Origin: Chrysomallon squamiferum
Taxonomy: Eukaryota > Animalia > Mollusca
Assembly: GCA_012295275.1 (NCBI GenBank)
Contig: CM022676.1
Span: 248,001 to 312,000 of the forward strand
DNA: 64,000 nt
Direction of reading: 5' to 3'
The number at the start of each line of letters is the position of its first letter. Position 1 is the first letter of the stretch. The notes under the pieces were generated by a model. The model did no database searches. It was not told the origin of the DNA and saw only the letters and a list, made by a program, of their open reading frames with translations. A program made the position numbers and the translations under genes. This document shows positions 1 through 18,082 of this stretch, one piece after another.

Positions 1-67
1 TTCAGGCACTCGTATAATAAATCTGTGAAGTTCAGGCACTCGTATAATAAATCTGTGAAGTTCAGGA
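1..67. repeat. 30-bp tandem repeat (TTCAGGCACTCGTATAATAAATCTGTGAAG), truncated by window edge
   Basis: Two exact copies plus partial copies at the window start. Confidence 0.85.
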
Positions 68-975
68 AATAATATCACTATATCACTATCCTAACGTGCC
101 CAGATCTGTGAAGTTCACTGTCCTAACGAGATTATAACAATGAAGTTATTCCACTGTGCCTAAACATCTGATGTTTCAGAGTCACTTCGCGCGTGTGAGG
201 TATGACATAAATATGTAAATGAGATACGCACAGTTTTACACTGTTGAATTATGAGACATAACAACGCTGACTTACTTCCTCTAACACGTATCGATATTTC
301 GTTTCGTTTCGTTTCATTGATCAGATTTTCTGTTCATTCCATTCGCTGGTTTTGCTACAGAAATCTGTTCTGTGGGCGTGTCTGTTTTTCTGTTTCGATG
401 ACGACCTGTGAGATGGTAAGCTAACGAGGAAGGGCGTTGTTGCTGTTGTTGCTGTTGTTGCTGTTGTTAATTACGATCAATCAATGCCATGTAAATTAAA
501 GAAATGTTTTATTTGTTTTATTATTATTTTATTTTAATTCTTTTTTTCTTTTTTTTTATATACATATATATTTTTGTTTATTCTACTCTATTTAGCTTTA
601 TTTTTTTTTTCTGTTATTTTATTTTTATTCATTCTTTTTTATTTGGTGTGTTCTTGTATAAACATCTACTTAATACAACAATATTACTATTTACACTTAA
701 ATTGATTGTGTGATACAGCATCTGAAACTAAACAAAGAAACATGAATACATTATTTCTAAATATTTGTAACACACACACACACATACACACAGCTATATA
801 TTTATATATTTGTATGTTTGTATGTATTATTATACCTATAAAAGGGTTTGTTTGATTTTACTATTATATCATCATCACTACAATAACAGTGATTACTGCT
901 CTTGTTGTTATATTATTTATTTATTTATTTTTTATTTTTTTGTATATATATTATTTTTTTTTTTTTTTATTATTA

Positions 976-1019
<44 letters not shown>

Positions 1020-1591
1020 TTATTTATTAATTTATTATTTTTTTTATTTTTTTTTATTTATTTATTTTTTTATTTTTTTTTTTATTTATACGTTTGTTCA
1101 TTTAGTTACATAGTGGAGTTATTCTCAGGGTTTACTAATTATTTTTGCAGGTAAACTCACTAACAATAAACACATACTCCAACCACAGAGTTACTTATTT
1201 TATTGTTCGATGTAATTATATACTGAACACCATTGTAATTAATATGCTCTAAACTAACTTGTAAAAAACCCAGAGCAATAAATTCTATTACTTATTAATT
1301 TTGACATGAGAGTATTAAAATATCGAACTTCCACATCAGTTTACTCCATCGACAAATCAAACAACGTGATTTTTACAACTGCGACAGCTTCAATCCACTG
1401 TGACTGTTCTGTCTGACAGAACTTTGTCACAACGCCTGTACTGATATCAGTTGATGTTTGATTAGCAATTCGCGCTGTAGCACAACGTCCACAAAGATCT
1501 ATTTTTTTACTGTCCCACCTGGGATCAGCAGTTACCTGCGTGTCAGTGGATTAGTACACAAACACAAGCTTGTCACACACCTGATTACTGT

Positions 1592-1694
<103 letters not shown>

Positions 1695-2934
1695 AAAATT
1701 ATATATATTAGCTGGTTCGGTAACTGCTAGCATTACATGACACTATTTTCACATTCGTAATTTTTTTGTTCAGTATAAAATTTGAAAGGCTCTTAATTAC
1801 TGACATAATCTCTATTAATATGTATAGTGGATGCAAGTGGTTAATTTTATTTACTTTAGATGAAAGTAAAGCAGATTAAAATAGATAAATGTTTGTCAGT
1901 TGTATTAAAAGCTAAATAAGCAAAACCTATTTGTTTTCTTTTTGCCATTATTTAATCTTCTTAAGACATTTGTTTGTTTTTATTAAGTGAATATACATTA
2001 ATTGGATTTATTTAAAAAACAGTTGAGATAAAACAAAAATACAAATATTGAGATAAATTATTTTCGTTACATACAATATTCTGTCTTTCTATTAATCTAT
2101 ATAATTATGACTTACTAAGCCGTAATTTGAATACTCAGTCTTAGTGGATTTTGTGTTAAAGGGGTTTGAAATAACGTTATTACTGCTGTTAAGATTACAA
2201 CATTACTGTTGATGCTACAACCACCACGACCGTTACTACAACTACTACCACTACCTCAACTATTACTAATATTTAATAATCATTACAATTCCTGTTAACT
2301 ACTGCTACTACTGCGACTGCGCATTATGCTATTGCTTCGACTACTAAATAATTGTACAGCTACTGTAGTTATTATTAATACTACAATTACTATGATAAAA
2401 TTCACCACCATCATCATATTATTGATTTTTTGGTGGAGTTTTCTTTAAAGTTAGATTCAAGAAAGAACGGCTATATAATTGTGAAATTTGTCTTTTTATT
2501 GTTTAATTCCGCAGATTATCACGAACTCTTCGCTCACACTAATTAAATGTTGTTTACAGTTGTCAGCTGTAACCACTCTTTCCTGGATTTAATATCATTA
2601 GTGTAATTAAGCTACATTCTTCTTTAATTAAATAATCTGTACATTCCTCAGTCAGTGACCCATCGTGTTAAGATATCTGTTACTTTACATGGCTAATTAA
2701 TTACACAGCTTTCAAGTTGCTGAGCTTTGTTTTCCATGACCTAACGTTGTAAAAGAGTTTCTGTGGTGACATGAAAACACAACAAACACGACGTCTAACC
2801 CCAGTGCACACACGCACGTACACACGCACACTGTTAGTATGGCAGTAATAGTAAGTACACATTGATATTATAAGAGACCACTGAACTACTCTCCCTATTT
2901 TAAAAAAGAAACAAACCAAATGTAAATCAAAATA

Positions 2935-3080
2935 TTTTATTTGTCAGTAATAAAACAAAAACGTGTGATATAAAGACAAAGCCTGCATGATAAAGTATAA
3001 TATTATTATTACTGAGTTTTCCTCTCACACAAATATCACGTGACCCTTAAATATAGAGTACTAAACGTAACACACACGTG
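2935..3080 (+). repeat. Short dispersed repeat (~140 bp), also at ~6145-6285 (+) and inverted at ~9005-9140
   Basis: The motifs ATCACGTGACCCTTAAATATAGAG and TTTGTCAGTA..AAACAAAAACGT recur in reverse complement at 9005-9140. Confidence 0.65.
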
Positions 3081-3406
3081 CAGACAAGCGCGTGCGCGCG
3101 TGCTGTTCTGATTATGATAGTTTTTTGATAGTGTCATTCTGTTGTCAGCTCTCACCAAAAGAAACCTAAAAAACAAAACTAAGTAATTAAATGTTCATCT
3201 GAACAGACATATTGACAGACAGTGGACAGATGACTGGTGAGACTGCAGTGAGACAGACAGACAGACACACAGGTGCACAAATCAAGGTGCAGGACGGATG
3301 AATGGATACAGACAGACACAGATAAACAGTTGAAGAGACAGGCAGATATGTATGTTTATTGTATTACAGACAGACAGACAGACAGACACACAGTGGTTTA
3401 CTTTAC

Positions 3407-3499
3407 CTTTTTCTGAGCTTAATCTAATGTGTATTGGTTCCTGCACCCTCGTATCTGAAGTTGACTCCAGTTTCTTGTGTGGAATGTGGTCTTCTTCAC
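3407..3499 (-). CDS. Duplicated copy of the 93-nt phase 1-1 exon (EEDHIPHKKLESTSDTRVQEPIHIRLSSEK), putative cytoplasmic exon of gene A
   Basis: Flanked by tgttgcag acceptor and gtaaag donor; open frame; identical to 6618-6710. Confidence 0.5.
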
Positions 3500-3699
3500 C
3501 TGCAACACAAAACAACATCCACAACAACGTCCTTGTTCCATCACAAAAGCTGTTTTATAATTAGTGACGTTATTAGTGATCATTAAAACTAAATGAATGA
3601 ATGTGTAACGACATATATCGGCTATTGTGTGTCAAACAAAGTTAAATATAACAAAATGGTAAATATGTTTTATATACAAATTCAAAACTCAAATTAGTC

Positions 3700-3990
3700 A
3701 AAACACAGTGTAAAGAGCTGTGCAGAAAGTATCACAGTTTATTTAAATTTTAAAACAAGTTCAGGGTGGAAATGAAATGATTCCATCACACAAATCTTTC
3801 TGAATCTGCCTAAGATGATCCACCAAAATGTGGCGCACTGTCACAGTACACTGAGTTTCTGTCACAGTACACTGACAGTGGTCACACTGAGTGGACGATC
3901 CTCTTTCAGGACAAATGAATGTGTGAAACAAGTAAGATCTGCGAGCACGACACAAGACTGACTCAACCTTCCTGCGCCGCCTGTAGGAGG
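3700..3990 (-). mobile_element. 3' end of a decayed LINE (C-terminal CCHC zinc-finger region), duplicated copy
   Basis: Translates to CRAR...QCDHCQCTVTVRHILV, resembling the C-terminal zinc knuckle of I/Nimb-type LINE ORF2. Confidence 0.75.
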
Positions 3991-4146
3991 ACTGCCACTC
4001 TCACAGGACTGTCACTCTCACAGGACTGTCACTCTCACAGGACTGTCACTCTCACAGCATTGTCACTCTCACAGCACTGTCACTCTCACAGCACTGTCAC
4101 TCCCACAGGACTGCCACTCTCACAGGACTGCCACTCTCACAGGACT
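3988..4146. repeat. 17-bp minisatellite (ACTCTCACAGGACTGTC)n
   Basis: About 9 tandem units. Confidence 0.95.
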
Positions 4147-4156
4147 TTTATTATTA

Positions 4157-4203
<47 letters not shown>

Positions 4204-4224
4204 TTATTTATTTATTTTTATTAT

Positions 4225-4260
<36 letters not shown>

Positions 4261-4813
4261 TTATACGTTTGTTCATTTAGTTAGTTAGTGGAGTTATTCT
4301 CAGGGTTTACTCATTATTCGTACAGGTAAACTCACTAACAATAAACACATACTCCAACCACAGAGTTACTTATTTTATTATTCGATGTAATTATATACTG
4401 AACACCATTGTAATTAATATGCTCTAAACTAACTTGTAAAAAACCCAGAACAATGAATTCTGTTACTTATTAATTTTGACATGAGAGTATTAAAATATCG
4501 AACTTCCACATCAGTTTACTCCATCGACAAATCAAACAACGTCACCAAAACACAGTAAAGTTCTAAAACAAAATCAGTGCAGAGCACGTGATTCTTACAA
4601 CTGCGACAGCTTCAATCCACTGTGACTGTTCTGTCTGACAGAACTGTATCACAACGCCTGCACTGATATCAGTTGATGTTTGATTAGCAATTCGCGCTGT
4701 AGCACAACGTCCACAAAGATCTATTTTTTTACTGTCCCACCTGGGATCAGCAGTTACCTGCGTGTCAGTGGATTAGTACACAAACACAAGCTTGTCACAC
4801 ACCTGATTACTGT

Positions 4814-4900
<87 letters not shown>

Positions 4901-6387
4901 AAAATTATATATATTAGCTGGTTCGGTAACTGCTAGCATTACATGACACTATTTTCACATTCGTAATTTTTTTGTTCAGTATAAAATTTGAAAGGCTCTT
5001 AATTACTGACATAATCTCTATTAATATGTATAGTGGATGCAAGTGGTTAATTTTATTTACTTTAGATGAAAGTAAAGCAGATTAAAATAGATAAATGTTT
5101 GTCAGTTGTATTAAAAGCTAAATAAGCAAAACCTATTTGTTTTCTTTTTGCCATTATTTAATCTTCTTAAGACATTTGTTTGTTTTTATTAAGTGAATAT
5201 ACATTAATTGGATTTATTTAAAAAACAGTTGAGATAAAACAAAAATACAAATATTGAGATAAATTATTTTCGTTACATACAATATTCTGTCTTTCTATTA
5301 ATCTATATAATTATGACTTACTAAGCCGTAATTTGAATACTCAGTCTTAGTGGATTTTGTGTTAAAGGGGTTTGAAATAACGTTATTACTGTTACTGCTG
5401 TTAAGATTACAACATTACTGTTGATGCTACAACCACCACGACCGTTACTACAACTACTACCACTACATCAACTATTACTAATATTTAATAATCATTACAA
5501 TTCCTGTTAACTACTGCTACTACTGCGACTGCGCATTATGCTATTGCTTCGACTACTAAATAATTTTACAGCTACTGTAGTTATTATTAATACTACAATT
5601 ACTACGATAAAATTCACCACCATCATCATATTATTGATTTTTTGGTGGAGTTTTCTTTAAAGTTAGATTCAAGAAAGAACGGCTATGTAATTGTGAAATT
5701 TGTCTTTGTTTAATTCCGCAGATTATCACAAACTCTTCGCTCACACTAATTAAATGTTGTTTACAGTTGTCAGCTGTAACCACTCTTTCTGGATTTAATA
5801 TCATTAGTGTAATTAAGCTACATTCTTCTTTAATTAAATAATCTGTACATTCCTCAGTCAGTGACCCATCGTGTTAAGATATCTGTTACTTTACATGGCT
5901 AATTAATTACACAGCTTTCAAGTTGCTGAGCTTTGTTTTCCATGACCTAACGTTGTAAAAGAGTTTCTGTGGTGACATGAAAACACAACAAACACGACGT
6001 CTAACCCCAGTGCACACACGCACGTACACACGCACACTGTTAGTATGGCAGTAACAGTAAGTACACATTGATATTATAAGAGACCACTGAACTACTCTCC
6101 CTATTTTAAAAAAGAAACAAACCAAATGTAAATCAAAATATTTTATTTGTCAGTAATAAAACAAAAACGTGTCATATAAAGATAAAGCCTGCATGATAAA
6201 GTATAATATTATTATTACTGAGTTTTCCTCTCACACAAATATCACGTGACCCTTAAATATAGAGTACTAAACGTAACACACACGTGCAGACAAGCGCGCG
6301 CGCGCGCGTGCTGTTCTGATTATGATAGATTTTTGATAGTGTCATTCTGCTGTCAGCTCTCACCAAAAGAAACCTAAAAAAACAAAA

Positions 6388-6407
6388 CTAAGTAATTAAA
6401 TGTTCAT
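6388..6407 (-). CDS. Candidate terminal coding exon of gene A (DEHLIT*); duplicate at 3179-3198
   Basis: tgtctgttcag acceptor; phase-1 compatible with the 93-nt exon; TAG stop. Confidence 0.3.
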
Positions 6408-6617
6408 CTGAACAGACATATTGACAGACAGTGGACAGATGACTGGTGAGACTGCAGTGAGACAGACAGACAGACACACAGGTGTACACAAATCAAGGTG
6501 CAGGACGGATGAATGGATACAGACAGACACAGATAAACAGTTGAAGAGACAGGCAGGTATGTATGTTTATTGTATTACAGACAGACAGACACACACACAC
6601 ACAGTGGTTTACTTTAC

Positions 6618-6710
6618 CTTTTTCTGAGCTTAATCTAATGTGTATTGGTTCCTGCACCCTCGTATCTGAAGTTGACTCCAGTTTCTTGTGTGGAATGTGG
6701 TCTTCTTCAC
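6618..6710 (-). CDS. 93-nt phase 1-1 exon, putative cytoplasmic-tail exon of IgSF gene A
   Basis: Canonical AG/GT boundaries; hydrophilic open frame; lies downstream of the gene A Ig exons on the same strand. Confidence 0.55.
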
Positions 6711-6899
6711 CTGCAACACAAAACAACATCCACAACAACGTCCTTGTTCCATCACAAAAGCTGTTTTATAATTAGTGACGTTATTAGTGATCATTAAAAC
6801 TAAATGAATGAATGTGTAACGACATATATCGGCTATTGTGTGTCAAACAAAGTTAACTATAACAAAATGGTAAATATGTTTTATATTCAAAACACAGTG

Positions 6900-8240
6900 T
6901 AAAGAGCTGTGCAGAAAGTATCACAGTTTATTTAAATTTTAAAACAAGTTCAGGGTGGAAATGAAATGATTCCATCACACAAATCTTTCTGAATCTGCCT
7001 AAGATGATCCACCAAAATGTGGCGCACTGTCACAGTACACTGAGTTTCTGTCACAGTACACTGACAGTGGTCACACTGAGTGGACGATCCTCCTTTCAGG
7101 ACAAATGAATGTGTGAAACAAGTAAGATCTGCGAGCACGACACAAGACTGACTCATCCTTCCTGCACCGCCTGTAGGAGGACTGCCACTCTCACAGGACT
7201 GCCACTCTCACAGGACTGTCACTCTCACAGGACTGTCACTCTCACAGGACTGTCACTCTCACAGGACTGTCACTCTCACAGGACTGCCACTATCCTGGGA
7301 CTGCCACTCTCACAGGACTGCCACTCTCACAGGACTGTCACTCTCACAGGACTGTCACTCTCACAGGACTGCCACTCTCACAGGACTGTCACTCTCACAG
7401 GACTGCCACTCTCACAGGACTGTCACTCTCACAGGACTGTCACTCTCACAGGACTGCCACTATCACAGGACTGTCACTCTCACAGGACTGTCACTCTCAC
7501 AGGACTGTCACTCTCACAGAGTGAAGTTTGCTCGCGATCGGTCCGTTCCAGCCATACTGCCAAACTGAACAAATACATTGGTGACTTTGATGTTTAAAAT
7601 CATTGTGAGGCACAGCAGCCTCGACTTGAATGCAAAGGAATGTTTAATTTCTTTCAGGGCTTTAAGAATGGTCTGAATTTCAGAAATGAAAACCAATGCC
7701 GAATCACACAACCTCATGGAAAAAGTTATGTCCGACGGAAAAACTGCAACACAAGCTACAGAATTCCCATCCCGTGATCAATCCGTATAAATAGTGATAA
7801 AATCACGGAATCTTTCTTTTATTTCCATGAAAAATTGATGATAAATAATAGGATCTGTGCTCTCTTTTTAAGATGCATAAGATCCAGCACAATGTTTGGT
7901 GGTTTAACACATCACAGTAGAAAAATAATATGCGTAGGTTTTTCCAAAATGTCTGAAAAGTCAATGTTGGAAGCAGTTAAAAGCTGACTGATGAGAAGAC
8001 CAAGTGTTTTAATGGCACTCAGCCGTGCATCAAACAACCTTACATGTTTGTTGTCAAATACCGTGTCATGTGCAGGATGTGACGGTACAGGTGTTATGTG
8101 TTGGAGAGAAAGCTTTGCATGTCTAACATCCAAACAAGGTTCGGGTGTGTCAACGTACAAGCTCTGCACAGGAGATGTTGTGAATGCACCAAGTCCCTGG
8201 TTGTGTATGGGATCTAGCACTGGGTTTTTAAACACTGGGT
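6900..8240 (-). mobile_element. 5'-truncated, decayed non-LTR retrotransposon (I/Nimb-like LINE): post-RT region, RNase H, zinc finger
   Basis: Minus strand reads LDPIHNQGLGAFTTSPVQSLYV, then FITIYTD*SRDGNSVACVAVFPSDITFSMRLCDSALVFISEIQTILKAL (RNase H YTDGS motif with a nonsense codon), then CDHCQC..VRHILV. Interrupted by a minisatellite. Confidence 0.88.
7177..7519. repeat. 17-bp minisatellite (ACTCTCACAGGACTGTC)n inside the LINE
   Basis: About 20 units; source of ORF 7109-7597. Confidence 0.95.
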
Positions 8241-8369
8241 GACGCTGTTATGTTTCACAGAAAATAAGGTTGCCGACAGGATGATAATCTGAAGTACACA
8301 CACATCTCGCGGGCAGGAATATGAAAAATAGATCCCACCCTGACTTTAAAAGTTCTTTTATCATTACTG

Positions 8370-8850
8370 TCTTTATTAGTGATCATTAGAACTGTGCTAT
8401 CATTAGTGATCATTAGAACTGTTATTAGTGACTTTATTAGTGATCATTAGAACTGTATTGTTATTAGTGACTTTATTAGTGATCATTACAACTGTTATTA
8501 TTAGTGATCATACAATTCAACATTTCATCAATATTTTACATTACACACTTCAAAACTGATTACATCAATATTTCACATTAAACACTTCAAAACTACTCAC
8601 ATCAATATTTCACAATGCACACTTCAGTTACATCAATATTTCACTTTACACACTTCAAAACTACTTACATCAATATTTCACATTAAACACTTCAAAACAT
8701 TACACTTCAAAACATCAATATTTCACTTTAAACACTTCAATTACATATTTACAATGCACACTTCAGTTACATCAAAATTTACCTTTGACATATATCAAAA
8801 CTGAACATCAATATTTGACAACACTTCAGAGAACATCAATATTTCGCAGA
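8370..8850. repeat. Two adjacent degenerate minisatellites (TTATTAGTGATCATTAGAACTG-like; ACATCAATATTTCACATTACACACTTCAAAACT-like)
   Basis: Visible tandem units at 8370-8510 and 8520-8850. Confidence 0.8.
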
Positions 8851-9118
8851 CACACCAAAAGTTTCTGGTGTCAGTTTATTTTCCTTTGATAACTTCAATA
8901 ATATTTATAACAATACTAAAAATAAATTACATATATCGGTAAACAAAACGATAATAACAACAACAGTAATCAGAACAACAAGAAATTATAATATTATACA
9001 GTTTGTGGTTACGTTTTTAGTCCTCTATATTTAAGGGTCACGTGATAGTTTAACAATACTAAAAAAAAATCACTAATAATAATAAAACGACTTTATCAAC
9101 AAGGCTTTGTAATCATAC

Positions 9119-9250
9119 GTTTTGTTTTATACTGACAAAAACAATGAAAATGACAAAAATATTAATAACAACAATAATAACAAAAAAACATAATAGTAGT
9201 AGTAACAACAGCAACATCAAGAGCAACAATAAGAAAAAGAATTATTTTTC
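9119..9250 (-). pseudogene. Candidate transmembrane exon of gene A with an in-frame stop (GKIILFLIVALDVAVVTTTIMFFCYYCCY*YFCHFHCFCQYKTK)
   Basis: 132 nt, phase 1-1, gtatga donor, hydrophobic stretch. The acceptor lacks a pyrimidine tract and the 3' part overlaps a dispersed repeat. Confidence 0.3.
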
Positions 9251-9401
9251 CTGTGTTTTTCTTTGACTTCATATTAGCAGTGATAATGTGTTTCTGTTGT
9301 TGAAATACTATTATTATTACTATTATTACTTCTATAATTATTAATATTATTTCTATTATCAATAATATCATTATTATTACTATTATTATTATTATTATTA
9401 C

Positions 9402-9434
<33 letters not shown>

Positions 9435-9565
9435 TATTATCATTATTATTATTAACATTATTATCATTATTATTATTATTATTATTACTATTATTATTAT
9501 TATCATTATTATCATTATTATTATTACTATTATTATTATTATCATTATTATTATTATTATCATTA

Positions 9566-9614
<49 letters not shown>

Positions 9615-9641
9615 CATTATCATTATTATTATTAACATTAC

Positions 9642-13168
<3,527 letters not shown>

Positions 13169-13274
13169 AACTTTACAACCACGTCATCGTAATCTGCATC
13201 ATTGTTGGTTTAATCGAATATACTGAAATTCTGGCGTTGACAGCAACGTACATGGCTTTGTGATGAGTTTCTGA

Positions 13275-13319
<45 letters not shown>

Positions 13320-13927
13320 CATAATCATAATAATAATAAGAGATAAATCTACAAAATACTACTATTATTTCTAGATATTTCAAGCAGCCGAAAATTAACG
13401 TTCTGTAATGTTAGTCCAATAACTGTTAGTGAATTTAAATCTGAATGAACATGAAAAAATAAAATAATAATAATAACAGAAAAAAAAGAAAAAATTAAAA
13501 TAACAATTTTAGCTACCTTGGAACAATAACGACCTACTTGAGTTCTGCAGCTTTTGACACCCCTTTTCAGGAAATGACGTAATAATAATTAATCTTAGCG
13601 AATTCCCGTCCAAAACGTGAATCTTTGAGATACTGCGATTAAAATAAACTATGATGCAGAGCAGACAAAATTAATACTGATTTTAATATTTTTTTCGGGT
13701 AATATATTCTAGCTATTTTCTTTCTTTTTTAATATTAACGTTATTGTATTTTATTTTTAGTTTATAAAGAACTCTCATGATGAAATGACGTGCAAAATAT
13801 AAAATAATTTCGAAACAGGATTTGTTTGTTATTATTTGTTTTTATTTGTTTTAAAAAAAAAAAAAAAAAAAAAAAAACATTGTTTGATTTTTATTTATTT
13901 ATTATTATCTGCTACTATTTATTTATT

Positions 13928-13990
<63 letters not shown>

Positions 13991-14169
13991 AGTAGTAATA
14001 GTAATAGTAGTAGTATTTTGTTAATTGTAGAACATAACAAATCAGTTAGATATATTTAGTAGCTGACTGTCTAGAAACTGAATTCTTTAACAGTTCTGTA
14101 TAGTTCTTTGAACCTGATTATCATTATCAGTTTATTTTGAAATTATTTGAGATTTACAGAAACTGTTAG

Positions 14170-16400
14170 CTTCGATTTCGTTCGCGCGCGCCACCAGTTT
14201 GAGTGAACTGAAAATCACAACACGTTTGTCGAGACAAGTAAATCGACAGTGTTGATGTATTAGATGAAAGCCTAGAGCTTTGCGATGCATAGAAAGAAAG
14301 ACTTGATCAATATTTTATTGCGAATAGTGTAAAAGATTAAAAGAAAGTCCCAGCCTTACCAAGTTTAATCGACGGAAGAATATATGACATTTGTTTATAA
14401 AAGCCTGTGCAGAATGTTAAAGGATCATGTTAATGAATAATCGTGGAACGGTTCCGATTTCAAAAAAGTGGTCAGCATGAAAATGAAAGCATCAGAGATG
14501 TTAATGCATCACTACGAAAACTGAATAAATTTTGTAAATTTTGAGGAACACTGAACGATACCCTGAGAGACAGGATAGTATATGGACTCCGAAATGAACA
14601 TATTCAAGAGAGACTGTTACATCCGAATGACCATTTGATGTATGAACAATCCTTAGATATTGCACTGTCAAGGGAAGCAGCAACTAAAGGTCCAGGTGAA
14701 TTACAAAAGCAACATTCCAAGAACATTCACAGAATGCAAACAAAAGTTAGCAAGAAACTGCAGCAGCCAGCCGGCAAAGTAAAAACCTTGTTTTAGATGA
14801 AGAGGAACAAGCCATACACCCTTTGACTGTAGATTCAAAGAAGCGGTGTGTCATAAACGCCAAAAGAAAGGGCATATTAAGACAGCATGTCTGCGGAAGG
14901 AAAAAGCCTATCACAAAGCAACTCATCCAAACGTACACAAACAGAATATTTTCCAAATGGAAGGAAGGAACATTGGAAATCTACAGAATAGGGCAAATGA
15001 ATACAAGTTATTTCCTAAGGCTAACACCAAAAGTGGGTGGACATTTTTTGTCAATGGAACTAGACACAGGCTCAGCAATATCTTTGATTTGTAAGTCAAC
15101 ATATGAGAAATATTTTGCTTAAAAAATTGCGAGTGCCACCTATTTCTCCCAAGATATTTTGGAGGAAAATTGTTCCACTAGGTGTAATAACTGGAAGTGT
15201 TTTCATGAATAATCAGAAAAAAGAACTAGATTTGTGTGTAGTTCCACAGCAGGGCCCACCATTGTTTGGTCGTAACTAAGTTCCAGAAAACTTAGCAGAA
15301 ATGCAATCAAGTCTTTAACCACTTGGACAAACACAGCGCCCAAGGAAGCTGCCGGTGATCTCAAAAGAAATACAGCAGTGGATTTAAAGAAGAATTAGGA
15401 ACTCGGAAGCATACTGTCTGTTCGAATTAAAGTCGAAAAATATTCTACTTTGGAGTTTTATGCTATGAGACCTCAGGTAGATAAGCATCTGGACAGGTTG
15501 GTCAGTGCTATGTACGTCGAAAGACGCCAGTTGTTCCCATTCTACAGAAAGATGCAACAGTTCGGCTTTGTGACTTTAAATCCGGTGCTCTAAGTGAAAA
15601 ATAGAGGACATTTTGCCACTTGCAAAAATAGAGGACATTTTGGGCCATGAATTGAATGCTGGCCTGGAAGGAGAACGAAACCAAGAAAAATCACCAGCAA
15701 AATAGCAAACTATTCGTGGGCCATGAATTGAATGCACGGCTGGATTTAGTGAAACCCAACATCCGGAGATGGAACGAGTTCAAGAAAAGATGTTTTCACG
15801 TGTTCAAAATAGCATTAGAAGTTTTGAAGGACACATTGGTAACTCGACCCTAAAAGAGTTAACCCTGCCACAACAACGCAAAAGATCCAATTGCACTGAA
15901 TAAGCGATCACCTGTGGAAGGGCAGACTTCATATGATAGCAGACAGAAGCAGCCTACTGAACCACGTTACCCAGTCCGGAAGACCAGGAACACGTCCACA
16001 GACTTGACTTGTCTGTCTTCAGTTAGCATTAGTATGTGGATGACACTGTGCTTGGGGTATAATAATCCACGTGTGATCTAAGAATTTTTCAAAAACCTAG
16101 TTTTGTTATTCCAGTAAAACAGTGTTGTTTATTTTAATCTTTAAAGAATAAGACTAAACAGGCAAATAATAAACAAAAAGTTGTGTTCTGGATGTAAAGT
16201 TTACTGACAGTACTTTGACAGAAACAATTGAATATGGCTTTTGAGAGCAGACGTTTAAGGGAGGAGGTGTGTTATATCAATTGACATTTTCCCTGTTGAT
16301 AGGCTTTTCTGGCTGTTTTATTGTTCGTGGAGGCACATTGTGATGACAACGATGGGATCCGATTTGGGTCAAACAGCGATGAGAACTGTGGAGATGTAAT
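14170..16400 (+). mobile_element. Decayed, internally deleted Ty3/Gypsy-type LTR retrotransposon
   Basis: Gag-like ERLDQYFIAN and ERFRF..LRDRIVYGLRNEHIQERLL; zinc-knuckle remnant CHKRQKKGHIKTAC; aspartic protease MELDTGSAISLI; integrase-end KLFVGHELNARLDLVKP; polypurine tract AAGGGAGGAGG at 16257-16267 followed by TG. Many stops. Confidence 0.88.
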
Positions 16401-16414
16401 GAAGTGTACAAAAA

Positions 16415-16820
16415 CCTAATGTGAAGCTGTATCATGTGTCAAATGTAATGGTGAAATGTATCTTGTATCAAATCTAATGTGAAGTTTTATCTTCTATCAA
16501 ACCTAATGGTAAACTGTATCAAATCTAATCTAATGTGAAGTTGTATCACGTATCAAATTTAATGTAAAACTGTTTCTTGTATCAAATCTAATGTGAAACT
16601 GTATTTTGTATCAAATCTAATGTGAAGTTGTATCTTGTATCAAATCTAATGTGAAGCTGTATTTTGTATCAAATCTAATGTGAAACTGTATCTTGTATCA
16701 AAACAAACATGAAATTGTATCTTGTATCAAATCTAATGGGAAACTGAATCTTGTATCAAATCTAATGTGAAGCTGTATTTTGTATCAAATCTCATGTGAA
16801 GCTGTATCTTATATTAAATC
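16415..16820. repeat. 29-bp minisatellite (AATCTAATGTGAAGTTGTATCTTGTATCA)n
   Basis: About 13 degenerate units. Confidence 0.9.
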
Positions 16821-16993
16821 TGAAGTGATTTCTTTTTGTTTTTTCTCTTTTCTTTCTTTATTTTTATTTTTATTTTTTTTTTATCTTGAATTATATCTAA
16901 AATGTAGTTGTATTTTGTAAAAGATCAAAACTACTGTTGTACCTAATAACAAATATAAATTTTAACTGTAACCTCTATCAAATTTTAAAACAC

Positions 16994-17102
<109 letters not shown>

Positions 17103-17507
17103 ACTGACACATTTATATAACAATTAATCTTTTCATCAGGAAACAATAATAAATTTCTCAATCATTCAGTGCATCTATTTACAATATAAGGACCATATAT
17201 TATGTACATGTTTGTCATTCTAGGTACAGCAATTCATTTTCTTAATAAATGTATTTATCAGTCAAATCCAACGGTTACAACTAACCAGCAGGCTTGCATT
17301 GTAACATAAACATGGTTAAGGAGTAATTTTACCAAGTCAGTGGAGATCTTACAAACTTTACTTATAAGAATTTACTTTATGGTTCTGTAAGGTCTAATAA
17401 GTCTGATGTCCTCAAAGGATTAAACGTCATACTGAACTGATATATTCAAATGTTACTGCTAATCATAAAACATAACTGATGATTCCCAATGAACTCAAAC
17501 AGCATCC

Positions 17508-18082
17508 TTGCAGTTATCACATAGTGAAACATTACTGTAGTTCTCAAATTATCTCCAACATCACTAACAGTTCTCACATACTGAAACATTACTGTAGTTC
17601 TCAAATTATCTCCAACATCACTAACAGTTCTCACATACTGAAACATTACTGTAGTTCTCAAATTATCTCCAACATCACTAACAGTTCTCACATACTGAAA
17701 CATTACTGTAGTTCTCAAATTATATCCAACATCACTAACAGTTCTCACATCCTGAAACATTACTGTAGTTCTCAAATTATCTCCAACATCACTAACAGTT
17801 CTCACATACTGAAACATTACTGTAGTTCTCAAATTATATCCAACATCACTAACAGTTCTCACATACTGAAACATTACTGTAGTTCTCAAATTATATCCAA
17901 CATCACTAACAGTTCTCACATACTGAAACATTACTGTAGTTCTCAAATTATATCCAACATCACTAACAGTTCTCACATACTGAAACATTACTGTAGTTCT
18001 CAAATTATATCCAACATCACTAACAGTTCTCACATACTGAAACATTACTGTAGTTCTCAAATTATCTCCAACATCACTAACT
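17508..18082. repeat. 57-bp minisatellite, ~10 near-identical units
   Basis: Unit CAGTTCTCACATACTGAAACATTACTGTAGTTCTCAAATTATCTCCAACATCACTAA; produces 19-aa repeats in ORFs on both strands. Confidence 0.97.

Noticed and set aside
504-1154. Hydrophobic Phe/Ile/Tyr-rich ORFs
   Set aside because: Translations of poly-T and (ATT)n tracts; no coding signal.
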